DNA of 64,000 nucleotides from a bacterium (lineage in GTDB: Bacteria > UBA8248): assembly GCA_965261085.1 (NCBI GenBank), contig OZ253442.1:4203821-4267820 (forward strand). The letters are read 5' to 3'. Positions 10,233 to 21,908 of the stretch are shown piece after piece (positions within the stretch are counted from its first letter, which is position 1; the number at the start of each line of letters is the position of its first letter). A program made the translations under genes and the position numbers. Under the pieces are notes generated by a model. That model ran no database searches. It was not told the origin of the DNA and saw only the letters and a list, made by a program, of their open reading frames with translations.

Positions 10233-11261
10233 ATGAAGGCCATGATCCTCAAACAATTCGGCCAGCCCCTCGCCTACGAGGAAGCGCCCGAACCCAAGAT
10301 CGGCCCACACCAGGTTCTGGTGGAATCGAAGGCGAACGGCCTGTGCGCCACGGACCTCAAAATCGTGGACGGAAACGTCAAGTCGGCCCCCACGCCCTTG
10401 ATGCTCGGCCATGAGAATTCGGGAATAGTGCTCGAAGTGGGCTCGGAGGTCGATTCCTTCTCTCCGGGCGATCGCGTGGTCGTCGTGAGCAAGCAGACCT
10501 GCGGGCGCTGCCGCATGTGCCGCCTGGGCCATGAGGAGATGTGCCTGAACTCGCCGGGACGCTTAGGCATCGAGATAGACGGCGGCTTCGGCCAACTCGT
10601 CGCGGCCTCTGAGCGAAACCTCGTCAAAATCGGGGACAACGTATCGCTCGCAGCGGCCTCCCTCATCGGCGGGACGCTCGGCTCCCCGCTCCACGCCATC
10701 CGCATGGCGCGGCCCGAACTAGGGGAGTGCGCCGTCATCTTCGGGGTCGGGGGACTGGGACTGCACGCTCTTCAACTCCTCCGCCACCTGGGCGCGAACA
10801 TCATCGCCGTGGACGTGAAGGACGAAAAACTCGCCAAGGCGCGCGAACTCGGCGCGTTCGAGACCGTGAACGCGATGGAGACCGACCCGGTCAAGGCCGT
10901 GATGGACATCACGAACGGATTCGGGGCGGACATCGCGCTCGAGATCGTCGGCGGTGCCGCCGTGCCGCCCGTGCTCCAGCAGTGTCTCGACCTGCTCCGG
11001 CCCGGCGGACGCCTCATCGTCCTGGGCTACGTCTTCGGCCAGAAAATGGAAATCGAACCCGCGCAGCTCATTACCAAGTGGATACAGATCATCGCGTCGC
11101 ACAACCACACGGTGCGCGACGTGACCGATGCCGCGAGCCTGGTGAACGATGGCCGCGTGCGCGCCGTCATCACCGAGGAGGCGCCTATGCCCGACGCCAA
11201 TGACGCCCTGGCCGCCCTGCGCGCAGGCGACCCGGTGGGCCGCATCGTGCTCACCTGGTGA
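10233..11261 (+). CDS. Zinc-dependent alcohol dehydrogenase (MDR family)
   Basis: GLCATD, GHE, CGRCRMC...C structural Zn site, GVGGLG. Confidence 0.9.
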   Translation: MKAMILKQFGQPLAYEEAPEPKIGPHQVLVESKANGLCATDLKIVDGNVKSAPTPLMLGHENSGIVLEVGSEVDSFSPGDRVVVVSKQTCGRCRMCRLGHEEMCLNSPGRLGIEIDGGFGQLVAASERNLVKIGDNVSLAAASLIGGTLGSPLHAIRMARPELGECAVIFGVGGLGLHALQLLRHLGANIIAVDVKDEKLAKARELGAFETVNAMETDPVKAVMDITNGFGADIALEIVGGAAVPPVLQQCLDLLRPGGRLIVLGYVFGQKMEIEPAQLITKWIQIIASHNHTVRDVTDAASLVNDGRVRAVITEEAPMPDANDALAALRAGDPVGRIVLTW

Positions 11262-11366
11262 GTTGGGGCGCGTTTCAGGAATCGCTATCACGGGGCAACA
11301 ACCAACCAGATGAGACCATAGGACCAAGACCGACAAAATCTTTACAACGCATCCGCAGGAGGCAAC

Positions 11367-12758
11367 ATGGCGTATCGAATCGAAACGGACAGTATGGGCG
11401 AGATCGAGGTCCCCGAGGACAAATACTACGGCGCGCAGACCGCGCGCTCGCTCGTTCACTTCAAGATAGGCGGCGACCGCTTCCCTCGTGAGATCATCCG
11501 CGCGCTTGGCATCTTGAAGAAAGCCGCGGCCATGACGAACGAGGAACTGGGAATCTTAAGTTCCGATAAGGCCGCGCTCATCATCCAGGCGGCGGATGAG
11601 GTGATCGCGGGCGATCTGGACGAGCATTTCCCGCTCGTCGTCTGGCAGACCGGCAGCGGAACGCAGACGAACATGAACGCGAATGAGGTCATCGCGAACC
11701 GCGCCATCGAACTCACAGGCGGCGAGATGGGTTCCAAAGACCCGATCCATCCCAACGACGACGTGAACAAGGCGCAGTCCTCGAACGATACTTTCCCCAC
11801 GGCGATGCACATCGCAGCGGGGGAGCAGATGACGAAGAAACTCATCCCCGCCGTGGAAGCGCTTAAAGATACGCTCGCGGCGAAGGCGAAGGATTTCGAG
11901 ACGATAATCAAGATCGGCCGCACGCACCTGATGGACGCCGTTCCCTTGACGCTGGGCCAGGAATTCTCGGGCTACGCTCAACAACTCGAAAACGGCATTG
12001 CGCGCGTCAAGATGTCGCTGGACGGCATCTATGAGCTGGCGCTTGGCGGTACGGCGGTGGGCACGGGCTTGAACACGCATCCCGACTTCGCGGACAAGGC
12101 CGCCGCCAGAATCGCCGATATGACGGGGCTTCCCTTCCGCTCGGCGCCCAACAAGTTCGAGGCCCTCGCCGCGCACGATGCGGTCGTCTTCGCGAGCGGG
12201 GCGGTAAAGACCCTGGCGGCGTCCTTGATGAAGATAGCCAACGATATCCGTATGCTGGCCTCGGGCCCCCGGTGCGGCGTGGGCGAGCTCCTCATCCCCG
12301 AGAACGAGCCAGGAAGCTCCATCATGCCCGGCAAGGTGAACCCCACCCAGAGCGAGGCGATGACGATGGTGTGCGCCCAGGTGATGGGCAACGACGTGGC
12401 CGTGAACATAGGGGGCGCTACGGGGCATTTCGAATTAAACGTCTTCAAGCCCGTGATGATCTTCAACCTGCTGAACTCGGTGCGCCTGCTGGCCGATGCG
12501 TGCGTATCGTTCAACGAGCATTGCGCGGTGGGCATCGAACCCAACCGGCCGGCGATAGACGCATACCTTCAGAACTCACTCATGCTGGTAACGGCGCTAA
12601 ACCCCGTCATCGGGTATGACAACGCGGCCAAGGTGGCGAAAAAGGCCTTCTCAGATGGCGGCTCCCTGCGCGACGCGGCTCTCGCGCTGGACCTGCTCAC
12701 GGGCGAGGAATTCGATGCGGCGGTAAAGCCCGAGAACATGATCGGGCCCAAGGGGTGA
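11367..12758 (+). CDS. fumC: Class II fumarate hydratase
   Basis: [39 protein letters not shown]. Confidence 0.97.
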   Translation: MAYRIETDSMGEIEVPEDKYYGAQTARSLVHFKIGGDRFPREIIRALGILKKAAAMTNEELGILSSDKAALIIQAADEVIAGDLDEHFPLVVWQTGSGTQTNMNANEVIANRAIELTGGEMGSKDPIHPNDDVNKAQSSNDTFPTAMHIAAGEQMTKKLIPAVEALKDTLAAKAKDFETIIKIGRTHLMDAVPLTLGQEFSGYAQQLENGIARVKMSLDGIYELALGGTAVGTGLNTHPDFADKAAARIADMTGLPFRSAPNKFEALAAHDAVVFASGAVKTLAASLMKIANDIRMLASGPRCGVGELLIPENEPGSSIMPGKVNPTQSEAMTMVCAQVMGNDVAVNIGGATGHFELNVFKPVMIFNLLNSVRLLADACVSFNEHCAVGIEPNRPAIDAYLQNSLMLVTALNPVIGYDNAAKVAKKAFSDGGSLRDAALALDLLTGEEFDAAVKPENMIGPKG

Positions 12759-12768
12759 AGGTGTGCTT

Positions 12769-13545
12769 TTATAAAGAGAGACAATCCTCGATAAAGCGCG
12801 ATATCCTTTCTCGATTGGCGGTGAGACTCGAAAACTGATTTTCACAGACATCGCTGAAACGCGCCAACACCTTGCGATTGATCGATTCCTGATCTTCGAA
12901 GATCGCAAGAGAACGAAAAGACATGTCCCATTTCTCGAACTGAAGTAGTGTGATCGTAGCGTCGCGGACCTTGTCGTCATTTGACAACGCATGAATAAAG
13001 AGCGGGCGAGGCATGCCGTTAACACGGCAGTCTACAGAATATCTGCCTTCCGGATCGCGCTCTGGATCAAACCAATCGAAATTTCTCCGTTCTTCGAGCA
13101 TTGATACGGCGAGAAAATTTCGGAAATCATCGTTGAAAGTGGAACGGACTCTCTCTCGTGACAAGTAGGACACGTCGGCGATTTTGAGAATACCCTGCAC
13201 AAAAGAGAAAAGCGCGTCCCCGTATTGTTCGTCCGGTACGGGGAGGATGAGTTCTCCATCACGATCTTCGATCCGAAAAGCAGAGAGTGTGTTGGTGATG
13301 ATTTTCTGGCGTGTCCCACGTTGAAGATCGGTTTCGTCAATGTCGTAGGTGAGGTGCATGAAAGTATGCGCCTCGTCCGACAACACCCATGCCAGCCCTT
13401 CCCGTTTCAAAACGACCGCAAGATGATCTCCATCCTCGAATAGAAATGGTGTAAACACACGAAATCGCTCAATGCCTTCTGCAATGAGCCGGATCTCTTG
13501 AGACACTTTTTCATGGAAGTCGCGTTCAATCGTAGCGATAGACAT
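12769..13545 (-). CDS. DUF1828/DUF1829-like protein with a possible PD-(D/E)xK-like C-terminal domain
   Basis: TPF..DGD, LSDE..T N-terminal pattern and YSVDC C-terminal pattern; recognised by eye. Confidence 0.65.
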   Translation of the reverse strand: MSIATIERDFHEKVSQEIRLIAEGIERFRVFTPFLFEDGDHLAVVLKREGLAWVLSDEAHTFMHLTYDIDETDLQRGTRQKIITNTLSAFRIEDRDGELILPVPDEQYGDALFSFVQGILKIADVSYLSRERVRSTFNDDFRNFLAVSMLEERRNFDWFDPERDPEGRYSVDCRVNGMPRPLFIHALSNDDKVRDATITLLQFEKWDMSFRSLAIFEDQESINRKVLARFSDVCENQFSSLTANRERISRFIEDCLSL

Positions 13546-13547
13546 AT

Positions 13548-14030
13548 TTAAACCTCCCGAAAAAGACCGAGTTGATCGTCAGTGGGAGCGCCGAGATTCA
13601 TGTCCTCAATAAAACAGCGAAGCGCACTACTATAATCCCCGTATTTGTTAGTTATTTCCGCATAAGCGTCCTCACGGGTTCCCATTTCCTGATATCGCTC
13701 CGTGGCCATATGAATATGGAATCCGTAAAAGCTGTTGCTTTCTATATGATTCTTATGTTCGTGGCTCTTCCCGTTATATCGTTGCAGGCGAAAGAGTTGA
13801 CTTGATTTCGGCACGCGCACTGCTAGGATAATCGAGAAATCGAGAATATTCACCATACTCCGCCGGAGAATGACACGAAACTCGTTGCCCACATCGCTTG
13901 TGAGATCGAGTTCCCGCTCTTCATGACCCCGTTTTGGACGAAGACGCATCTGGTCACGCCATTTTGGTGGAAGGGGTTTCCGTTCGGCAATAAGCTCCTC
14001 GATTTCGCTATCGGAATACGTTCTCGACAT
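13548..14030 (-). CDS. DUF6978-like hypothetical protein
   Basis: RYNGKSHEHKN...FHIH motif; its stop is 2 nt before the DUF1828-like start; TATAAT on - at 14126-14131. Confidence 0.55.
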   Translation of the reverse strand: MSRTYSDSEIEELIAERKPLPPKWRDQMRLRPKRGHEERELDLTSDVGNEFRVILRRSMVNILDFSIILAVRVPKSSQLFRLQRYNGKSHEHKNHIESNSFYGFHIHMATERYQEMGTREDAYAEITNKYGDYSSALRCFIEDMNLGAPTDDQLGLFREV

Positions 14031-14184
14031 GTGAAATTCCCATCCAGATCAGCCTGCCTGTCATATCCATCGCGTTTCGTCCTAAGGATTTTTCGATAGT
14101 CTGTCTACCAAAATACCCCGTTGCCATTATACTGTCATCCGGTAGCGCAATTCACGAACCGTGGGCGAACCCCTTCACCCCAAT

Positions 14185-14244
14185 ACCCTCAAACGCCGCC
14201 GGTATCTGCTGGACGTCCTGGATGATATCAGGCGGCGGGTCTTC
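14185..14244 (-). pseudogene. Inverted remnant of an LLM oxidoreductase 3' end
   Basis: Reads EDPPPDIIQDVQQIPAAFEG versus KDLPPDLIQDIQTIPAAFTG at 17291-17350; 16-nt exact match. Confidence 0.75.
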
Positions 14245-14287
14245 CCCTACGAGAAGCGGTTCACGATTGGCGGGTCTGGACGTTCGT

Positions 14288-15421
14288 TTACGAAACCAGG
14301 CTTAAGAGCCGCTCCCAGAGGTATTCCGCGTCCTCATCGGTGAGCGGGTCGGGCGAGATGTAGATTTCCGATTCGCCCGATACGCCTATCTGTATCCGCA
14401 CCTCGCACTCCCAGAGCGCATCGGCGACCTCATCGCGCGATTTCCCGAGTGATTTCTCGTCGATTTCGATCACGACTTCCGGCAAATCCTGCCCCAGGGT
14501 GTTGGGGCGTCTGAGGCGGGGCGAGAGTCCTTTCATCCCGGTTGTGCGTTCCATGAAGAACTCGCACCACCGCTCATTGTGGGCGTACTGGGCGGTCTCG
14601 CCGGCGTCCAGATAATGCGCAAGCGCCGCGAGCAGGCCCACGATGACGTCGCGTCCCGCCTTCATGGGCCGGCCGATGGCGTACCTGGGGCTTCCCATCA
14701 TGGCGCAGGCTTCGATGATCTCCTTTTTGCCCAGGATGATGCCTGTGTTCTGCGGCCCGCCGATGCTTTTTCCCCCGCTGAAGATGGCGGCGTCGGCCCC
14801 CAACTCCTTCGTGTAGCGCCAGAGATTGGAGGATGGGGGAAGCTGCGCCGCGGCATCCACGACCACGGGCACGTTTTTGCCGTGCGAAATCTCGATGATG
14901 GTCTCGAGCTTGAGGATGTTCCGGCCCGCATACTGACCCGGGAAATAGAAGACGGCCGCCGTTTTCTCGCCGATGGCGTCTTCGAGTTCCCAGGGGTGGG
15001 TCTGGCGGTGAGAGCCTATCTCCACGAGCCGCGCCCCCGCCTGGCGGATGTTGATGTCGTAATGGTTTCTCTGAAAGCGGTGGATGACGATCTCGTTCTT
15101 CAAGCCGTCCGTAAACGGGAGCTTGTCCATGAGGGCCGGATTTCCGCCCGTGATGCAGGCCGCCGCACTCAGCACGAGGCCGGCGGCGGAGCCGCTCGTG
15201 ACGTAGGCCGCCTCGTTTTGCGTCATCTGTGCGATGCGCGCGCCCGCTTTTGCGTGCAGTTCGGTCATTTCCACCTGGGCGGCGTTCGCCTCCTGCATGG
15301 CGGCCCATACCTCGGGCCTCAGCTTCGCGCCGCCCATGCGGGTCTGGCGGGTGCGCGCGCTGATGACGCGGCGGACTCCGAGGTTTTTGAGGAATTTGGG
15401 GTTTTGAGGGGATTCGTTAAT
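14288..15421 (-). CDS. SelA-like (DgaE-type) PLP-dependent enzyme; probable ATT start
   Basis: LGVRRVIS, VVVDAAAQ, FSGGKSIGGPQNTG (PLP lysine), IGRPMK; AAGGAG 7 nt upstream of ATT. Confidence 0.8.
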   Translation of the reverse strand: MNESPQNPKFLKNLGVRRVISARTRQTRMGGAKLRPEVWAAMQEANAAQVEMTELHAKAGARIAQMTQNEAAYVTSGSAAGLVLSAAACITGGNPALMDKLPFTDGLKNEIVIHRFQRNHYDINIRQAGARLVEIGSHRQTHPWELEDAIGEKTAAVFYFPGQYAGRNILKLETIIEISHGKNVPVVVDAAAQLPPSSNLWRYTKELGADAAIFSGGKSIGGPQNTGIILGKKEIIEACAMMGSPRYAIGRPMKAGRDVIVGLLAALAHYLDAGETAQYAHNERWCEFFMERTTGMKGLSPRLRRPNTLGQDLPEVVIEIDEKSLGKSRDEVADALWECEVRIQIGVSGESEIYISPDPLTDEDAEYLWERLLSLVS

Positions 15422-15432
15422 CGCCTTACTCC

Positions 15433-16182
15433 TTAGCCAGGGGTGGAGAATCCGAGTTCGCTCACGTTTTTGAGGATGGTCCATGAGGCGTCTTCCGTAT
15501 TTCCGCATAGGGAAAGGGTGTGAAAGCCCTCCTCCTTGCGGTAGAAGCGCCTCTCGATATCGAGTTTGAAAGCCTGTGTCGTCTCACGAGGCATGATCTC
15601 CAAATCAGTGGATTCCGGCGGCGCGCCATCCGTGCCGACGCCAAACAGGAGCGGCGAGGCGGCTCCCTCGTGCGCCACTTCTCCCTCGATTTCGAGATGG
15701 GCCGCCTCCTCTCCCCATACGAGAAAAGAAACGCTCATACCGGGCGATACCTCGCGCCACCCGCCCGGTGAAATCGCCGCATCCACGCGCAGGCGTTGCC
15801 TCCACTTGCGGGACTTTCGGTTGTGATGGCTCAGGATGAATTTTCTGTGCTCGGGCCTGTCCGCCCAGTGGTAGTGCCCGGGCCTGCTCTCATAGGGCCT
15901 TCCCATGCCGACGAGCAGGGCTGCCGGATCGCCGCGCATCACCTCTTCTCCGTCTATGGCTTCATGGTCCGTCGTCGAGGCGATGAGCTTCACGCGCTCT
16001 CGACGCTCATCCCACGTCGCGTAGACGTACTGCACCGTGTCGATTGGGGGCCGCGAGGTCACGTTGGGCGGCGGTTCCTGCAAGGTGCGCGGCCCCCCGC
16101 CGACGCGGATTTGCTCGCCTGCGTGGCGCACGAGTTCCAGTTGATGAAAGCCCCGGTATTCCAGACGGCATGGTTGGGACAT
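15433..16182 (-). CDS. Hypothetical protein
   Basis: 249-aa ORF with AGGAGG RBS; its stop overlaps the RBS of the next gene. Confidence 0.6.
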   Translation of the reverse strand: MSQPCRLEYRGFHQLELVRHAGEQIRVGGGPRTLQEPPPNVTSRPPIDTVQYVYATWDERRERVKLIASTTDHEAIDGEEVMRGDPAALLVGMGRPYESRPGHYHWADRPEHRKFILSHHNRKSRKWRQRLRVDAAISPGGWREVSPGMSVSFLVWGEEAAHLEIEGEVAHEGAASPLLFGVGTDGAPPESTDLEIMPRETTQAFKLDIERRFYRKEEGFHTLSLCGNTEDASWTILKNVSELGFSTPG

Positions 16183-16321
16183 GACGCCTCCTCCTGCACT
16201 CGGCTTGAGCATGTGCTCGATGCGGCCATGGTATCACGATGTGCCGCGGCTTGGGATCATGTATCATGCGCCGCGCAGCCTCCCGGGCGGCATCTTTTTT
16301 TCCACTTACAGGAGCTACGAC

Positions 16322-17368
16322 ATGCGCATCGTGACCACCCTTCCGATGGATGATCTGAAAAAAGCGGGCCCCGCCGCCCAGGCGCTCGAATCTGCGGGCT
16401 ATGACGGCGTGATGACCATGGAAAACGCGCACCACCCGTTTCTGCCCTTGGCGGTGGCGGCGGTGGCGACGGAGCGCGTGGAACTTCTCACCGCCGTGGC
16501 CATCGCCTTCCCGAGAAGTCCCATGGTGTGCGCGAACGCAGGCTGGGATTTACAAGAAGGCTCGGGCGGGCGGTTCGTCCTGGGCTTAGGCCCCCAGATC
16601 AGGGCGCATAACGTGCGGCGCTTCAGCGTGCCCTGGACGGCGCCCGCCGCCCGGATGCGCGAATACGTGGAATCACTGCGCGCGATATGGCGTTCTTGGA
16701 GAAACGGGGAAAAACTCGACTATCAGGGCGAACACTACCAGTTCACCCTCATGACGCCCGCCTTCACACCGCCCTCGAGCGGTGCGCCCATGGCGCCCGT
16801 CACCATCGCGGCGGTGGGGCCTGGGATGCTCAAAGTGGCGGGACGTACTTGTGACGGCGTAAGGCTCCACCCTTTCTGCACGAGAAAGTATTTCGAGGAA
16901 TTCTGCACGGGGAAGATTGAGGAGGGCTTGCGCGAGAACGAGATTTCGCGCGAGAACTTCGAGATCACGGGCGGGGGCTACATCGTCACCGGAGTGGATG
17001 AGGAGGCGCTGCGCCGGGGGATGGATGAGGTCAAAGTGCGCTTGGGCTTTTACGGCTCCACGCCCGATTACTGGCCGGTGCTCGAGATGCACGGCTACGG
17101 CGATCTGGGACGTAAACTCAGACAGATGACGCGCGAGGGCAAATGGGACGCCCTCGCGGATGAGATTCCGGACGACCTCGTGCGCCTTTTCGCCGCAGTG
17201 GGCGTGCACGGAGAGGTAAAAAAGGCGATAGAGGCGCGCTTCGGCGGCGGGGTCGATACCCTCTACGGGGGGATGCTGCCCACGGCGGATAAGGATCTGC
17301 CGCCCGATTTGATTCAGGATATCCAGACGATACCGGCGGCGTTTACGGGGTATGCCGAGAGGGCGTAG
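16322..17368 (+). CDS. LLM-class oxidoreductase (TIGR03617-like, putatively F420-dependent)
   Basis: ENAHHPFLPL, AIAFPRSP, GRFVLGLG, FYGSTP; GGAG RBS. Confidence 0.85.
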   Translation: MRIVTTLPMDDLKKAGPAAQALESAGYDGVMTMENAHHPFLPLAVAAVATERVELLTAVAIAFPRSPMVCANAGWDLQEGSGGRFVLGLGPQIRAHNVRRFSVPWTAPAARMREYVESLRAIWRSWRNGEKLDYQGEHYQFTLMTPAFTPPSSGAPMAPVTIAAVGPGMLKVAGRTCDGVRLHPFCTRKYFEEFCTGKIEEGLRENEISRENFEITGGGYIVTGVDEEALRRGMDEVKVRLGFYGSTPDYWPVLEMHGYGDLGRKLRQMTREGKWDALADEIPDDLVRLFAAVGVHGEVKKAIEARFGGGVDTLYGGMLPTADKDLPPDLIQDIQTIPAAFTGYAERA

Positions 17369-17435
17369 GGACAGGCCCCCGCAAACCCATCACGCCCCGG
17401 GACTGTCATGCTCCCAGGGTTGTCAACTACCCCCC

Positions 17436-20144
<2,709 letters not shown>

Positions 20145-20388
20145 CGTTCACCTCTTTTGGGCGGTAGCGCCGCTTCCCCCAAAAAAGCCACCGGGAAAGC
20201 GGACTCCGCCGCATCAAGCGCTCTTCGCGTCCAAAACCGGCCCCCGGTTAAGGGTGATTTCAGGCAAAAAGCCGTTATCCATGGAATCATACGGAATGAC
20301 GAAAAAACGAGTTTCACACGCGCTGGATGATACCACAGATGGAAGGATAGGAGGAGGGCGTTTCATCACCCGCCTGAAAAAGCGTATC

Positions 20389-20820
20389 TTAAGCCTCTTT
20401 CACCACCATGTAGGTGGCCGAGGCGAAACAGACGAGTTTTTCCGCATCATTGAGAATACGCATTTCCCACACCGAGGTTTTTCGGCCCAGATGCAGGGCC
20501 TTCGCCTCTCCGATGAGGGTTCCCTCCTTCACCGGACGGACGAAGTTTATCTTCATCTCCACCGTCACCACCTCCGTGCCGACCGGATAGCTCACGTAGC
20601 TGCCCACGCCGCCCACGGTATCGGCCAGCGACGCCAGCGCGCCGCCGTGAATGATCCCGAAGGGCTGAAAGAGCCGGGGCTCCACCGGCAGCGCGACGCG
20701 GGCGAAGCCCTTATCCGCTTCCAGCACCTCGAAACCCAGGAGGTCGTTGAAATTCCCCCGCCAGCGGGCCTGGAATACCCGCTCGACCTCCTCCCTCGTC
20801 CATGAGCGACCCATGACCAT
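20389..20820 (-). CDS. PaaI-family thioesterase
   Basis: QPFGIIHGGALASLAD, INFVRP. Confidence 0.9.
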   Translation of the reverse strand: MVMGRSWTREEVERVFQARWRGNFNDLLGFEVLEADKGFARVALPVEPRLFQPFGIIHGGALASLADTVGGVGSYVSYPVGTEVVTVEMKINFVRPVKEGTLIGEAKALHLGRKTSVWEMRILNDAEKLVCFASATYMVVKEA

Positions 20821-20952
20821 CCTTTCGAGCGCATATCGGCCTCACGGGAGGGATATGCGTGTGAAATTCATTTAAGAATTTATTGGCAAGTCGATAAAAT
20901 GGAAATATCCCGGGAAGGCCCGGGAACCTTCACGAAACGCCGGGGCTCCCGT

Positions 20953-21174
20953 TTACCTTTGAAGCAGGACCGCCAAGGCTTCGGTTGATTTCCGCAACGC
21001 TTCTCTGGAGTCTTGGCCCTGGGCGATGATTTCATCGAGCGCCTTCTCCCTTTGCCTGGTACCTTCCCGCATGGTGTAGAGGCCATACCAGATCAAGGCG
21101 CATTGCGTGATGCCCACGGCGAATTGCGCGATGCCTATCAGGTCTCCCGTATTGATCGGCTGCAAGTCCATCAT
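20953..21174 (-). CDS. Small single-pass membrane protein
   Basis: 73 aa; hydrophobic LIGIAQFAVGITQCALIWYGLY followed by a charged helix; GAGG upstream. Confidence 0.5.
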   Translation of the reverse strand: MMDLQPINTGDLIGIAQFAVGITQCALIWYGLYTMREGTRQREKALDEIIAQGQDSREALRKSTEALAVLLQR

Positions 21175-21348
21175 CTTTCCGCATCCTCTCTTTCCGGGTC
21201 CTCTGTACGGCATACTCGTGAACATTAGAACCAAAATGCGGGATGAGCGCAAGAGGATCGAAACCCTCCACACTCATACGACTTTCTCCACTTCATCCGG
21301 GCGGCGGCCTTATCCGTGAAAACAGATGAGGCCGATAACGCCAGAGGA

Positions 21349-21663
21349 TCAGCCGAAGATTTGCGTCGGCACGCGCCCCCAGGCGGACGGGTCGGTGAGG
21401 ATGTCACCGCCCTCATCCTCGTAGGAGAAAAACAGGATTTCCGTTTCGGTCTTCTTGCCCTTCTTCTCGAGACGCCGCACGGTGATGGTCGGCACGTGGA
21501 CGCCGAGTTGAAAGTTTTTCGCATGGCTCACCGAGACGCTCGCCCCGAACTTGGCGGCGCAGCCCTCGAGTTGTTCTCTCGTCGTCTTCACCCGGCCGTC
21601 CGCGAGGATTTCTCCGCCGAAATTCTCCGTGAGATCGACTACAAAAATATTCGGCTCCAGCAT
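21349..21663 (-). CDS. Hypothetical protein
   Basis: 104-aa ORF with host-like codon usage and GGGAG RBS. Confidence 0.65.
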   Translation of the reverse strand: MLEPNIFVVDLTENFGGEILADGRVKTTREQLEGCAAKFGASVSVSHAKNFQLGVHVPTITVRRLEKKGKKTETEILFFSYEDEGGDILTDPSAWGRVPTQIFG

Positions 21664-21716
21664 GATGGCGTATTCTCCCTTGAAACGTGATGAACGAAAC
21701 CCCGAAAAGTGTTTTC

Positions 21717-21806
21717 CGGGGTGTGCGAAAGCGCGGAGTCTATCAGAAAGGGGATGATGTGAAAAAGGGGGCCGGAGCGAAACGGCCAGTAGCAGCTTTC
21801 ATGAAA
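21717..21806 (+). repeat. Diverged 90-bp direct repeat, copy A
   Basis: Ungapped alignment to 22857-22946, 66/90 identical by manual count. Confidence 0.75.
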
Positions 21807-21908
21807 ACTGTACATCACTCTTGTTATTGCCGTCGCCTAACCTGCCCAGATAAGATAAATTCAGAGATTAGTACTTAGCTGAGCGATAAGCCTCGACAGG
21901 AGAATTTA

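Noticed and set aside
14288-15421. True selenocysteine synthase SelA serving the nearby selenoprotein
   Set aside because: About 377 aa, lacks the SelA N-terminal domain, has FSGGK rather than FSGDK, and no selB/selC nearby; fits the SelA-like/DgaE group
21835-21841. Integron attC core (GCCTAAC) beside the HNH gene
   Set aside because: No matching GTTRRRY partner or attC stem was found, and there is no integron integrase
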